The notes beneath the pieces were generated by a model. It saw nothing but the letters and a program-made list of their open reading frames with translations, was not told the DNA's origin and made no database searches. From the NCBI GenBank assembly GCA_051362555.1, contig CM120644.1:20234534-20298533 (forward strand): a DNA stretch of 64,000 nucleotides, read 5' to 3'. The stretch is from Lingula anatina. Lineage: Eukaryota; Animalia; Brachiopoda. Of the stretch, positions 37,361 through 51,068 are shown piece after piece. The position numbers were made by a program, and so were the translations under genes. Each line of letters opens with the position of its first letter. Position 1 is the stretch's first letter.

Positions 37361-40300
37361 TATATCATTGGGGCCCACTTTGGCATCCAAAACCGTCAGA
37401 AATCCAACATTGGCATGTGGTTGGCCCAAGGCTTGATGCCTATGGTTGTGCAATGACAGTGGGCCAAAGTTTGTGCATAGTTATGCCAACGTTGGCACAG
37501 TGGTGGAAGTTGGCATTTCATGGTTGGACAATGACAGTGGGCCAAAGTCTGCACAATGATGCGCCACCCTTGGCACAAAGCTTCTGGTTGGCTTTCCAGC
37601 CTTCAACCAATATTGGCCTTAGAACCAGCCATGCGTTGTACAGGGGTACCAATCTTGGGCTAGGAATTCAAACTTTTTATGCATTATCACGAAAATTAAC
37701 CAATAAAGTATATTCTTCACAGAGAACACGGGCCTTCATTATGTTTTCTACATTTATCTTTTGGTAAATTCCATCTCTATTACGATAATCAAATGGGATT
37801 TTGGGAGCATTTTTATATAGTAGAAAATTTAGAACCAATACAAGAGCTTCAAATCAGTTCATTTCCAGTGTTAAAAAGGGATGTGGGAGAGAAAATCGTT
37901 ATTACATTTCATATTTATTCTAACTCTGCTCTGATTCATTTTCATGCATGTGCATTTATTTTTGCCTGTACTCAATAAAAAAGATTTTAAAAAAATAAAT
38001 GTAGTATAAAAGAGACTGCTAGTAGCGAGCAACTAGCGTTCTGGCATCTTCAAAGTCATCCTATTCAGGTAAGCATGCACATTTTTTACATCAGTAAGAG
38101 AAATGAGAAGGATTGAAGGTAAATGGTGGCCTGAAGTTTGGACAGTCCACTTGCCAGTTGGGTTGCTCTGTTTGGTTTGAAGTAGACAAAAGTGGACCAA
38201 ATGTACTGAGATAAAGCAGATGGCTCCCGACTCTTTAGTGTTCTCAGCAACAATAATGATGCTTTGTTTGTTTGGTATACTGTTTTCTGTGGTTCCATGT
38301 GCGTAATTTCCATCTGTGCATTACTTTACATAAGCAGCATATTTTTTTGCCTTCTAACGTAGGCTTTGAGATCTTCAAACGATGTTGTTCATGAAATGAA
38401 ATAAATGTGGCCTAATAGTAAAATACAGATTCTGCTGCTATTGTTCAGTGCTGTTTTAAGTGCTGTTAGAGCCATCCTTGAGCTGCAGGTGGTAAACGAA
38501 ACACACTGTCAGGCACTGCATATGCCTATGACTGACTGGTAGCTGTGCGTTCCTACCAGAAGTAATGCAAGAAATGTATAATCACTTACACCCGTGCCCA
38601 CTGAACTCACGGACGAGTTAGCTTTTATGACTTAAAATATAAAAGCAAATGCAAAATAATTCTCCCTTACATCAAAATCACTGTAAATCTATAATTAATA
38701 CTGAAACATATTTTATGATAAATTTGATAAATATATTTTGAAAATTTTTAACTTACAAAAGTACCAAGGCTGCAAATATTGGTCCTGGGTCTGTATCAAC
38801 ATCTTATGTTGTATAGTATAGGTGTGTATGATAATTTTTTGTCTACACTGCATTGTTTTAATTGTGTTTTGGGGAGTTTATTTCATACTAAGTGAGATGT
38901 GTGACTGATAGAGGTTCACTTAAATCACCAAGAAAGAGGGTAGGGAAAGGACATTGTTCATAGGTTTCAACACTTTCTCAATTGTGTGATACACATGTGC
39001 ACTTTTGACATATCACGTTATAAAGTGACCCGCCAATGTTATGTAACGTAAACTTTTTGATAGATGGATCATTATTGAAAGTAAAAAAGTTTTAATGTGT
39101 CTTCGAGGTCCAAATTCTTGTTTATGACTTTGTGTGATTAATGTGCCTCTTCATTGATCTAATTAATCACAGCCGTCTCACCATTCCTTAGGATGGTTAA
39201 GTGTCAATAAATAGTGATGGAAACCTTTACATAATTGAAGGGTTTTACCCTTCATCTCAAGATTGCTGACTGGAAGCTGTAGAAGACTAGAGAAGACATT
39301 GAATTTAAAAGATTATTTTGTATATGGCTCTATCGGCCCTATACGATGACCTAAAGAAGAAATGTTTAGCATATATCATTGGGGCCCACTTTGGCATCCA
39401 AAACCGTCAGAAATCCAACATTGGCATGTGGTTGGCCCAAGGCTTGATGCCTATGGTTGTGCAATGACAGTGGGCCAAAGTTTGTGCATAGTTATGCCAA
39501 CGTTGGCACAGTGGTGGAAGTTGGCATTTCATGGTTGGACAATGACAGTGGGCCAAAGTCTGCACAATGATGCGCCACCCTTGGCACAAAGCTTCTGGTT
39601 GGCTTTCCAGCCTTCAACCAATATTGGCCTTAGAACCAGCCATGCGTTGTACAGGGGTACCAATCTTGGGCTAGGAATTCAAACTTTTTATGCATTATCA
39701 CGAAAATTAACCAATAAAGTAAATTCTTCACAGAGAACACGGGCCTTCATTATGTTTTCTACATTTATCTTTTGGTAAATTCCATCTCTATTACGATAAT
39801 CAAATGGGATTTTGGGAGCATTTTTATATAGTAGAAAATTTAGAACCAATACAAGAGCTTCAAATCAGTTCATTTCCAGTGTTAAAAAGGGATGTGGGAG
39901 AGAAAATCGTTATTACATTTCATATTTATTCTAACTCTGCTCTGATTCATTTTCATGCATGTGCATTTATTTTTGCCTGTACTCAATAAAAAAGATTTTA
40001 AAAAAATAAATGTAGTATAAAAGAGACTGCTAGTAGCGAGCAACTAGCGTTCTGGCATCTTCAAAGTCATCCTATTCAGGTAAGCATGCACATTTTTTAC
40101 ATCAGTAAGAGAAATGAGAAGGATTGAAGGTAAATGGTGGCCTGAAGTTTGGACAGTCCACTTGCCAGTTGGGTTGCTCTGTTTGGTTTGAAGTAGACAA
40201 AAGTGGACCAAATGTACTGAGATAAAGCAGATGGCTCCCGACTCTTTAGTGTTCTCAGCAACAATAATGATGCTTTGTTTGTTTGGTATACTGTTTTCTG

Positions 40301-41941
40301 TGGTTCCATGTGCGTAATTTCCATCTGTGCATTACTTTACATAAGCAGCATATTTTTTTGCCTTCTAACGTAGGCTTCGAGGTCTCCAAACGATGTTGTT
40401 CATGAAATGAAATAAATGTGGCCTAATAGTAAAATACAGATTCTGCTGCTATTGTTCAGTGCTGTTTTAAGTGCTGTTAGAGCCATCCTTGAGCTGCAGG
40501 TGGTAAACAAACAAAATGTCAGGCACTGCATATGCCTATGACTGACTGGTAGCTGTGCGTTCCTACCAGAAATAATGCAAGAAATGTATAATCACTTACA
40601 CCCGTGCCCACTGAACTCACGGACGAGTTAGCTTTTATGACTTAAAATATAAAAGCAAATGCAAAATAATTCTCCCTTACATCAAAATCACTGTAAATCT
40701 ATAATTAATACTGAAACATATTCTATGATAAATTTGATAAATATATTTTGAAAATTTTTAACTTACAAAAGTACCAAGGCTGCAAATATTGGTCCTGGGT
40801 CTGTATCAACATCTTAAGTTGTATAGTATAGGTGTGTATGATAATTTTTTGTCTACACTGCATTGTTTTAATTGTGTTTTGGGGAGTTTATTTCATACTA
40901 AGTGAGATGTGTGACTGATAGAGGTTCACTTAAATCACCAAGAAAGAGGGTAGGGAAAGGACATTGTTCATAGGTTTCAACACTTTCTCAATTGTGTGAT
41001 ACACATGTGCACTTTTGACATATCACGTTATAAAGTGACCCGCCAATGTAATGTAACGTAAACTTTTTGATAGGTGGATCATTATTGAAAGTAAAAAAGT
41101 TTTAATGTGTCTTCGAGGTCCAAATTCTTGTTTATGACTTTGTGTGATTAATGTGCCTCTTCATTGATCTAATTAATCACAGCCGTCTCACCATTCTTTA
41201 GGATGGTTAAGTGTCAATAAATAGTGATGGAAACCTTTACATGATTGAAGGGTTTTACCCTTCATCTCAAGATTGCTGACTGGAAACTGTAGAAGACTAG
41301 AGAAGACATTGAATGTAAAAGATTATTTTGTATATGGCTCTATCGGCCCTATACGATGACCTAATGAAGAAATGTTTAGCATATATCATTGGGGCCCACT
41401 TTGGCATCCAAAACCGTCAGAAATCCAACATTGGCATGTGGTTGGCCCAAGGCTTGATGCCTATGGTTGTGCAATGACAGTGGGCCAAAGTTTGTGCATA
41501 GTTATGCCAACGTTGGCACAGTGGTGGAAGTTGGCATTTCATGGTTGGACAATGACAGTGGGCCAAAGTCTGTACAATGATGTGCCAACCTTGGCACAAA
41601 GCTTCTGGTTGGCTTTCCAGCCTTCAACCAATATTGGCCTTAGAATCAGCCATGCGTTGTACAGGGGTAACAATTTTGGGTTAGGAATACCAAACTTTTT
41701 ATGCATTATCACGAAAAATAACCAATAAAGTAAATTCTTCACAGAGAACATGGGCCATCATTATGTTTTCTACATAACTTTTGATAAATTCCATCTCTAT
41801 TACGATATTTGAATGGGGTTTTGGAAGCTTTTTTATATAGTTGGAAATTTGAAACCAATACAAGAGCTTCAAATCAGTTTAGTTCTAGTGTTAAAAAAGG
41901 ATGTGGGAGAGAATATCGTTACCTATTTCTTATTTATTCTA

Positions 41942-43556
41942 CAGGGTTACTACTTAATATGGAATATTTTTTATCATTGTTATTTTTGAGTGCTGGTTAA
42001 ATTTTTATTTGGCTTGAGTCATTAAAAAAGTATGTCACTGAGTGATAATAACATACAGTCTTCTGTTGTGATATATTTTGGTCAATAATATCAAATCTGA
42101 CATAAGATGCCATTCAAAAGAAAGGAACACCCCCAGAAAACCATATCAACAGCTTGATGTCAGTATAAATTTTAAGATAAGATAGTAAAGAAAATGATAG
42201 CCTCCGGACAGTGATATGTTACACAGTCAAAGAACTCACTACAGTAAATCATGAAAAGTCAGTAATTGCGGGTATGACCTCCAGCAGCCGCTTGCAGCGC
42301 CCTCATCCTACATGGCATACCGTGACACGTTTTTAGAGTTTGGGTGGGGATATCATTCCACGCAGTGATATTTGCCTGTCGCAGTTCATCACTATTTACC
42401 GGCCGAGGACCATAGCTATTAATTCTGGGAGTTACTTCCGCCCACAGATTTTCAATTGGGTTCATATCTGGAGAGTTTGCAGGCCAGGGCAGTTGCTGAA
42501 CCCATTGGTTTTGAAGAAAAACTGATTCTGCGGCCTCGATGTGGGGTTGCGCAGTCGTCTTGGTACACAAAGTTGTTCCTGCAGATGACTCTTACCAATC
42601 AAAGCATTGTTTGCTGTAGAATGTCTCTGTAGGAATCCTGGATGAGGTTGCCTCCTAGAAAAACCAACTGGTTCTTGGCACCGACATGAAATGCTCCTCA
42701 AACAGAGACGTTACCATCCCCTGCTTGCACCCTAGGCAGTACACAATCATTGTTTTATGCCCCTCATACACGTCGGTGGACACGGATTCGACGATCAACC
42801 CTAAAAAATCCATATTTGGCCTCACACGTGGTCCCCAGCCCATTGCAGACGTCGCTGTATATGACCTGCTGTTAATAGTGGTTTCCCTTCTGGCCTTCGT
42901 GCAAAATAACCGGCTTGCAGAAATCTCTTGTTCACGTGGGACCTTGAAACGGGCGTTTTAATGACATTCTGACTCTCTTTTCTGAGGACACTGGTTGTCT
43001 TTGTACGACCAGCACAGCGTCCTCTAAGGAGAAGGCGATCCTGTCTTCTTGGTGTGATACACGGACACCCTGGTCGAGGTATTGGAGTAGGTGCCCCTGT
43101 TGCAGCATTTCTTTGGAGGACTTCACAATCGGTTCCTGATAAATGTTGAATTACCTGGCAATGGCTGTCCGTTTCTGGCCATTTTCTCTGAGAGCAAGAA
43201 TCCCATAGTAAGCTGCGTTGCTTAGCTGTCGAACCATATCTTCACTAAGGTACCTGTCAAGTTTCAGAGCGATCCCTTTATTGCTTCTCTAAACACACTC
43301 CAAAGATTGACCAAACCCATGCGTTTTTATACAAGGGCAGAAATTGCCGAAAAGACCACCCCTCACATTTATTACCACAGAACATGCAACTGCATGCATC
43401 AATTGTTTCGAGAGTTGTGTGGTAATTAGTTAACACACCTGGCTACACATGGAGTGACACCTCAGCTTTGGATTCTAAGTAGTTAGAGAGAAATTATATA
43501 TTTTGTAGAAAATTTACTCGCCAAAAAAAAAAATTCCATATTAAGTGGTAACCCTG
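41942..43556 (-). mobile_element. Tc1-like family B copy 2 (1615 bp, decayed transposase)
   Basis: TIRs CAGGGTTACTACTTAATATGGAAT / ATTCCATATTAAGTGGTAACCCTG; TA duplication at 41940-41 and 43557-58; LPWPANSPDMNPIENLWAE. Confidence 0.94.
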
Positions 43557-44500
43557 TATCTCTGCTCTGATTCATTTTCGTGAATAAACATTGCATGTGC
43601 ATTTATTTTTGCCTGTACTCAATAAAAAAAGATAAATGATGCAGTATAAAAGAGACTGCTAGTAGATAGCAACTAGCGTTCAGGCATCTTCAAAGTCATC
43701 CTATTCAGGTAAGCATCCACATTTTTTACATCAGTAAGAGAAATGAGAAGGATTGGAGGTAAATGGTGGCCTGAAGTTTGGACAGTCCATTTCCCAGTTG
43801 GGTTGCTCTATCTGGTTTGAAGTAGATAAAAGTGGACCAAATGTACTGAGATATATCAGATGGCTCCTGACTCTTTAGTGTTCTTAGCAACAATAATGAT
43901 GCTTTGTTTGTTTGGTATACTGTTTTCTGTGGTTCCATGTGCTTAATTTCCATCTGTGCATTACTTTATATTAGCAGCATTTTTGTTTTTGTTTTTTTTT
44001 TTTTTTGCCTTCTGACATAGGCTTTGAGGTCTCCAAATGATGTTGTCCATGAAATTACATAAGTGTGGCCCAATAGTAAAATACAGATTCTGCTGCTAAA
44101 GTGCTGTTAGAGCCATCCTTGAGCTGCAGGTGGTAGACGAAACACGCTGTCAAGCACTGAATATGCCTATGACTGACTGGTAGCTGTGCGTTCCTACCAG
44201 AAGTAATACAAAAAATGTATAATCACTTACACCCGTGCCAACTGAACTCACAGCTGTCAGGTTTTGTCTTGCTGATAATCTTGTCACATCGTACAGCATT
44301 TGGGCGCATTGAGAAGATTCTTCTTTTGCTAGTCTTTATTTCACGCAGTATTCCTTAACCAAAGAAGCTTGGAAAGATAATAATTGTGCAATAAAATTGG
44401 AAAGAAAGAGAATAGATAAAGACCACTCTCCCATCAGATTTCTCCCAGTAAATATATTTACATTAGTGATCGACTTTCTTTTTTCCCGTGATACTGGAGA

Positions 44501-44610
44501 GACAAGACGTATAGGCAGAGTATGCATAGAGTGTATGCAACGTACTACTACAGACACAAGACGTATAGGCAGAGTATGTATAGAGTGTACGCAACGTAAT
44601 AATGACGAAC
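44501..44610. repeat. Two-copy 54-bp tandem repeat, probably inside a Harbinger-like MITE ending near 44706
   Basis: ACAAGACGTATAGGCAGAGTATGYATAGAGTGTAYGCAACGTA occurs twice; the end AGGTGTGACGGCGCC-TTA resembles a Harbinger TIR plus TSD. Confidence 0.6.
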
Positions 44611-45899
44611 TTGCAGCGTATGGAACGTATCCCTTACAAATTGCATGCATGGTGTATATATCATACTCATACGCGCTTCTTTTACGCTAGGTGTGACGGC
44701 GCCTTAGTGCAAGGTCTAATTATACCGTCACCAATTGTCGTGACAAACAGCATTAGAATCTGACCGCGAAATAGAAAATATGTTACTGTGTCCAGACACC
44801 CCCACATCAGTCTAAATATGTAAATGCTGTATCACAGGAACAAAATCTTTAGATCTTGTCCGATTTGGGCAGACGTTAAGGAAGAAGAACAACGACAGTG
44901 TTTCGACGGCGTTATCCCCTAGGCAGATACACAGTGTGGTGAGCTGCCTAGTCCTATTAGTCTGTGGTTTGGGACAAGTTGAAGGCAGAATCCATGGACA
45001 TGATTCCAGAGCTGCGGTTATCTGTCGCTGGGATCGTGAGCTAAACGTTATCTGAGGGAGCATTCACATCGAGAGGAGCCCAGGTCTACAAAGACCCACA
45101 TGAAAGGGAAACCGCTTAATCCTGTAATGGTCTCTCCGCCTCTCACACGGCTCCCCACTCGTCGTCCCTCGACCGGTTGAACTGAGCTGAGATTGAATAT
45201 ATTAGTGTGCCCCTGAAGGTCTGGTAAGAAGACGACCTCAATCCAGACTCAAACGATAACTCTCACCTGTCATCTCAGTTAACAACCGTTAAGAACTAAT
45301 AAAAAAGTTCGTTAACTGGCAAGTCACACACATGTATTACATATGTATTAAATCTAGAAACTGAATATGACAGCATTGCTAAGAAACTCAAATAAAATTT
45401 ATGCATCGCTCCTGTCCGTAATGAATACACTAATAGATCATACCATACAAATATGTTATATTCTGTCACGGACCCGATGGTGAGGAGGGCAGCCAATATG
45501 ACCTTGGGTCGGCTGGGGGTTGGGCTGGCGTTTTATTATTTTTGTTAGCAAAGTTTCTCGCTGGACAGCACAAAAAATGGTGCAGAATTGGTCAGAAAAA
45601 AAATCTGTGAAATATTAATGAAAAATTCTCCGTATGGCCCTGGTAGAGATTTCTATTGTCAACAATACAATCGAGACGCTGCTCTAACTCAAACAAACTC
45701 ACACGATATTCAGCACCACACCATACTGCCCGCTACCAAAATAGAGGATACACCCTCCTATCTTTCTGAAATTGCACACATAATTCCCGGATAAATATAG
45801 TTAAAATTTACCAAATATCCAATCTTGGGTTAGATTTGTCGTATATACGATGTCCGTATGGTGTCCATATGCCCCTACCCGTGCGGCGTCCGTTACTTA

Positions 45900-46142
45900 A
45901 GCCTAGGTCCCAACCGAACGTACGGGCTGCTACGTGTGGTCTACGGCCCAAAAAATGGGGAAAACGTGGGAGTTCGTGCGTGAGGAGCACGTCCATCGTG
46001 CGACTTTTGGAGGACGCAAACAGCACGTAGAATCTTTTCACCAATGTACTTGATTTCTTCCCTGCGATCTAGCTACGTCCTAAAAGGAACGTCCTAAGGA
46101 ACCTAAAAGCCGTGCGTCCAAAACGTAGTTGGGACCTAGGCT
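45900..46142. mobile_element. PIF/Harbinger MITE (243 bp) nested in an older related MITE (~45821-46286)
   Basis: Perfect TIRs AGCCTAGGTCCCAAC / GTTGGGACCTAGGCT with TTA duplication; outer element has right end AAATGTAACCTAGGCT-TTA and a degenerate left end AATCTTGGGTTAGATTT. Confidence 0.85.
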
Positions 46143-46849
46143 TTAACCTCAAAGTCATGTGGGAGAAATGGTATGGCGCCCGTACCGAACGTAAGCATGG
46201 TAGCCCATAGACACTTACAGTACAAAAATATGGAAAATAGATTTCTATATCATCGTACTGCGTCTGTGAAAAATGTAACCTAGGCTTTAGTAGAACGTAA
46301 ATCTTTACACCTAATACTTTCGTTTATCACCGTTTTAATCTTTTTAATATGGCAGCTGTGATTTCTTTGCATTTTGTCCCTGACAATAATGATGATAATA
46401 CCCCCCCCCCCCACACACACACACAATAACTATCTCCTACATACGTTCTAAGATATTTGTGAGTAATTTAATCATCCATAAAGATGTTCCTGTTTATAAC
46501 TGAATTAATTTGTTTTTCTATTATATTAATGTCTCGAATAAACCTGTTTTTAACTTTCTGCTCTTCCCCTCCCTTTCTCACTCGTTTTAACCACTTTATC
46601 CTTCTCGTTTACATAAGATACATGTATGTTCTCTGTCACCGTGAAGACATTTCAAATGAACAATCTCAGTTAATACGGGAAATGAGCCATAGGCTTCCCT
46701 CTTACCAAGGCCGCAGTTATTGTGCTGTGGACATTTTTTGCTTTTACAGTACAGAGATTAGCCATCTATTTAACCAGAGATGCATCTGTGAATATCTAGG
46801 TAAAAATCAATCTATGGTCCTGGTAGAGGGTTGCCAGATGCTGCAGTGT

Positions 46850-47190
46850 GTTGATTTTGATACTGTCTCAACCCTGATTGTGACGGACTCCACAAATATC
46901 AGCCGATTGTGTTAGTGAAGACATAACGCGAGACTGGGAGGGGGATGAAATGTTCATAAAGAAACTAATAAGTCATTGGAAATGACAATATGCTATTTTA
47001 GTTAAATTAAATGTCGACAAACTATTCAGTAGAGAAAGTTAGATTAAAAGGAAATATGCTGAAATAAAACAGCACAAAAATGATGGGGGATGGTATGATG
47101 ATGGTATAAAAGGTTTGGGAGAGTCGGGGAAATTGAGTTCAAGAGCGTGTTTACTATTGTCCTTTAACTTTAACACGCCAGGTTATACAA
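46850..47190. repeat. Distant diverged copy of the 1.1-4.4 kb repeat unit; a further relic at ~48245-48310
   Basis: CTGTCTCAACCCTGATTGTGACGGACTCCACA..TTGTGTTAGTGAAGACA followed by weakly matching downstream blocks (GCTATTTTAGT, GGGGAAATTGAG). Confidence 0.7.
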
Positions 47191-48071
47191 ACTTTTACAA
47201 TTTTTGTCTCTAAAAAACTGTACAGATTCATCTTTTTTACTTAGATAATTACCGTATGTTTCAACTATAGTAATTCACAAAGATGAATTTTAAAGATGTC
47301 GTCTATTGAGAAAGAGCGCCATTACTAAAAACGCAGCACTGGAAAATTGACTGGCAAATCTTCAACGCTACGAAAGGAACTAAAAAAAGTTACAAATGGA
47401 ACATTAAGTGCCGACAGAATCTACGTGGAGTCAAAGTTTGCAATTTTTGAACTACACAAACTGTCAGCGATTAATTTTCACATCAAGTATGTTTGCCGAC
47501 ATTTTCATTTATGCACTAAGGTCTATTTGCGCGACTAACCAGAAAATACATTAGAAAAAAAAAAATAAAACAGAAGTGCTAATGAATGCGTTTTCTTGCT
47601 TTGCTGAACTGTCTCCATAGTAGTGCAGATTGCAGTTTGAAGGACAGAATTTTTTTAAATTAAAAAATGGATTTATTTTTACGAAGTGAGATACTTAGGA
47701 CTTTACAAAGAAATCTCAACAATATTTCAAAAATGTTCCAGTAATATAGAAAGTTGGGCTAGCGACGTGAGTGTCACCTCTACCTCAGGTGTGCAAAAAG
47801 CTGAATGCCCGATGAAAACCACATAAAAATAACGGAGACTGAAATATTGGAGAGCAAAAATTGACTTGTTTTAATTATTAATTAAAACAAGCTGTTAGTG
47901 TGACCAAGTTTGAAATTCTTGAAGCATTAAAAGACTTGAATTTGAATGTAATAAATTTCTTAATTGCCTATATGATTTTTCTACATCATTTTGTATAGTC
48001 AAAGTATTTTACTATAGCAAACTGTTAACAACACATTTCTAACCAAGGCGTTACTTTCCAAAGCCTAAAAA

Positions 48072-48117
<46 letters not shown>

Positions 48118-49277
48118 CGGGGTGGGACACGTAGGGCGTGCGGGAATCTCCCTCTCTGGCAACTGTCAATGATGACAGGTATGTAATGGTCCGGGAGAAA
48201 AGAGGAAGTGTTGAGTTACAAAGGGTTAATGTATTTGACGTCAGAGTCTGTCTCAACATGATTGTGACGGTGTCCATGAATTTCATCATATTGTGCTAGT
48301 GAAGACAGCCATAAATGATAGAGGGCGCTGATCAATATGATCATTTTTTTCTTCATGATAATTTTTAAATGCTCGAAACTTTGGTACTGAATGCACTTGT
48401 TTCAAAAGTGTCTGAATTTCTTGAATCTCTTTTATAGGAAAAAAAGAGTACCATGTAACAGACTCTCTTTCCTATAAATTAAAAAACAGTATTATTTACA
48501 TATTTATAAATTGTTCATTTATTTTTTTATTTTGTGTGTTTGTGTGTGTGTGAGAGAGAAAGAGAGAGATTGTACAAAATTTTTATTAAGTTAAATAAAA
48601 GAATAAAATGATGTTAAATTTTGAGCTAAACTTGCACTCGGTTCACGGAATCAGAAATGCTGGTGCACTCAGGGAAATTCAATAAAGGTAATTAATAGTG
48701 TTTCGTTTATTGAAAATCTAAGTCAAGTGGTAGTACTAAGCAGGTACATGTAGTAATGAGATGATGATTTTTCGTTCTTTAATCACACAGCATTCACTGA
48801 AGCTTAGGGTGTTCTGGCATATACTTTGCTTGGGTGACAGTGTATTGTTACTATTACATCCCACACATACTGCCATTACCGTGCTACGTTCATAGTAACG
48901 ACGCATAAAGATACCTTCAGCACTTTCTGGAGTAAAAAGAATTGATTGTCTCGACAGCAATCTGAAGATCAGCAGATTATAATTTCAGGGACATGAAATG
49001 GCTGAAAAATATTTGTGAAATGTATAATTTTTAACACTTACAATTTTAGGGGGAGGGATTACCGGGTAGAAAGAGTTGGGGTTTTTGCTGGAAAAGGTCT
49101 ACTCTGAATTTGAGTTAGGCTCAGTGCTATTTCTCACATTGGGTAAACTATGGGGGATATAAAGTCAATTTTTCAGAAAAAGTACTCATTTGAAATTGCT
49201 GGCTACTGGCTTGTTGTGCCAAATAACTTTTAAATAAGAGTCACTTGTATTATGCTTTTCATACTGTTTTTAATTTA

Positions 49278-49768
49278 AACTAGAAAAGCACTCTGAGAGC
49301 GCAGACCTCTCACCCAATGCCGTTTCACCCCTAAATTTTCAATCTATAATTTAAAGTTTTTTATTTTTGATTATTGATTGATTATTGATCCAGAGCACCA
49401 CCAAAAACGAATCATCTGTTCCTTGGCCCACTTCTGACAGTTCCACAAAATTTCATCAAAATCGGTCAATAACTTAGTTTTTTTTATTTTTGATTATTGA
49501 TTGATTATTGATCCAGAGCACCACCAAAAACTAATCATCTGTTCCTTGGCCCACTTCTGACAGTTCCTGAAAATTTCATCAAAATCGGCCCATAACCTTT
49601 TTTATTATTATTATTATTGATTGATAATTGATCACCACCAAAAACTAATCACTTCTAAGTTAACCCATTTCTGACCTACCCTGAAAATTTCATCAATAAC
49701 TTTTTGAGTTATGTTGATGACAAGCAGACAAACAGGGATGAAAACATAACCTCCTTGGCGGAGGTAAT
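49278..49768. mobile_element. Non-autonomous Helentron/HINE-like element with internal ~123-bp tandem repeats
   Basis: Begins AACTAGAAAAGCACTCTGAGAGCGCAGACCTC; ends with hairpin ACCTCC-TTGGC-GGAGGT then AAT; about 2.5 internal repeats (49387, 49510, 49630). Confidence 0.65.
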
Positions 49769-49869
49769 TAAGAAAAGAAAGAAAAACAAAACTCATTTGA
49801 TTGCATACAATTAATATTTTATTGTAAAAAAATAACATTTTGAAGTTTTTAAACTTGCAGCCAAAGAGG

Positions 49870-49894
49870 TTATAATAGTTCTGCACTGACAATC
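49870..49894 (-). CDS. Terminal coding exon of an unannotated micro-exon gene: (R)IVSAELL*
   Basis: Acceptor cttcttatttttcag|G; phase 2 matches the upstream 46-nt exon; TAA followed by AATAAA at 49818-49823. Confidence 0.55.
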
Positions 49895-50585
49895 CTGAAA
49901 AATAAGAAGAAGCTAATGTTAAATTTAAATGTAAAACAGTAAAAATTAAAATGTATTAGTGGTAAAATACTCAACAACCACCGGCTCCTGGCTCCTATTA
50001 CATAAAAACGGATTTCATGTAGTTTTTACCAGCTATTTGACATAATTTTGTTCTTAAAAACTTCAAGTTATGATGCCAACAAAACAAGGAAACTAGCAAA
50101 AGAACTTAGTGACTATAAAATGAAGCTGTTCTTTTAAAATACAGTGTTGAATTGTCCTCATTTTTAAATGTTAAAATCAAGGTTTATTTTATAATATAAT
50201 AAAAATAATAATAACCATTTATATTCTTGTCCTGTGCCTAAAGCATGACGTGAAAAAATTTAAAAATCTTCTCTGTCGTGTTTGGCGATGGACCTTGGGA
50301 CCTGAAATGTATGTACTATATTGCTTAATAATATGTAATATTTAATTATAATATATATTCTTCAATAATTGTTCAGTGCACCTTATTATTTACATGCATG
50401 CAACTGTACTGAAAATTTTTTACAATTATTAAAAATAAACAAATTGGACAAGTTAAACTTGAAAAAAGTCCACACTGTGTCAACCCATCAATATGCAGTG
50501 TGTGTGTGTGTGCACGTGTACATGCACGATCACATTCCATCAGTGTAATAAACTAATCCCTATTCTATTGACCCTGCTGTCTTAC

Positions 50586-50631
50586 CTCTCCTTCACATCC
50601 TCCGTCACAGTTGTTGTGTCTTTGACATCAA
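50586..50631 (-). CDS. Micro-exon, 46 nt, phase 1-2: (V)DVKDTTTVTEDVKE(R)
   Basis: ttttttcttcag| ... |gtaagac; paralogous to 51720-51767. Confidence 0.6.
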
Positions 50632-50853
50632 CTGAAGAAAAAAATGGAACACAAATTTAACATTCAATGCCTGTCCACAACAAGAATCCAATACATTATT
50701 TAACATAGTCAAAGAAACATTCAAAGATTTAAATCACTGAACAGTGAATAAAAAATTTAAACTCAGTGTTTGTGTGTGAGAATCTCCACCCTAAAGTCCA
50801 TCTGTGTGTTTACATTTTTATGTGTGTTAAATTGTCCTAAGCTTATTGTCTTA

Positions 50854-51068
50854 GGGCATATTACCATAGATTTTAGATCGATCTATCCCCGTGGGGAGTC
50901 TCACCAGATTACTGTCAGATAATCCGGCTTAAATGACTGTCCCGCCTACTACAAGCTGTAAGGGGGTAATTAACTTTTGTGCCCGCTCGGCTGACAGCTA
51001 TTTAGCGTGAACCCCCAGGGAGTTAGGTCGATCTCGTTTGGATCGATCTAATCTCTGGGAATGGGGTC
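50854..51068. mobile_element. PIF/Harbinger-like MITE; inverted sister copy at 53748-53973
   Basis: TTA duplication; subterminal GATCGATC inverted motifs; the two copies align in opposite orientation over ~210 bp. Confidence 0.8.

Larger units (their letters stand above)
17259..44251. repeat. Macrosatellite: about 9.5 head-to-tail copies of a ~2.01 kb unit, interrupted by five Tc1 elements
   Basis: Anchor (T)TCTTCACAGAGAAC at ~18936, 20962, 23010, 26347, 28359, 30373, 34041, 37711, 39722, 41733. Periods after removing insertions are about 2026, 2048, 1903, 2012, 2014, 2006, 2011, 2011, 2011. The last unit is truncated at GAACTCAC (44251). Confidence 0.97.

Noticed and set aside
19320-43953. 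Recurrent 60-138 aa ORFs in the 2-kb unit (MEITHMEPQK.., MFSIYHWG.., MCQGWR.., MGFWE..)
   Set aside because: They recur only because the DNA is repeated; starts, stops and frameshifts vary between units and no domain is recognisable
16516-44718. TGCAAGGTCT on both sides of the array as the TSD of one giant element
   Set aside because: No inverted termini inside the two copies; the right copy abuts a separate Harbinger-like end, so probably chance
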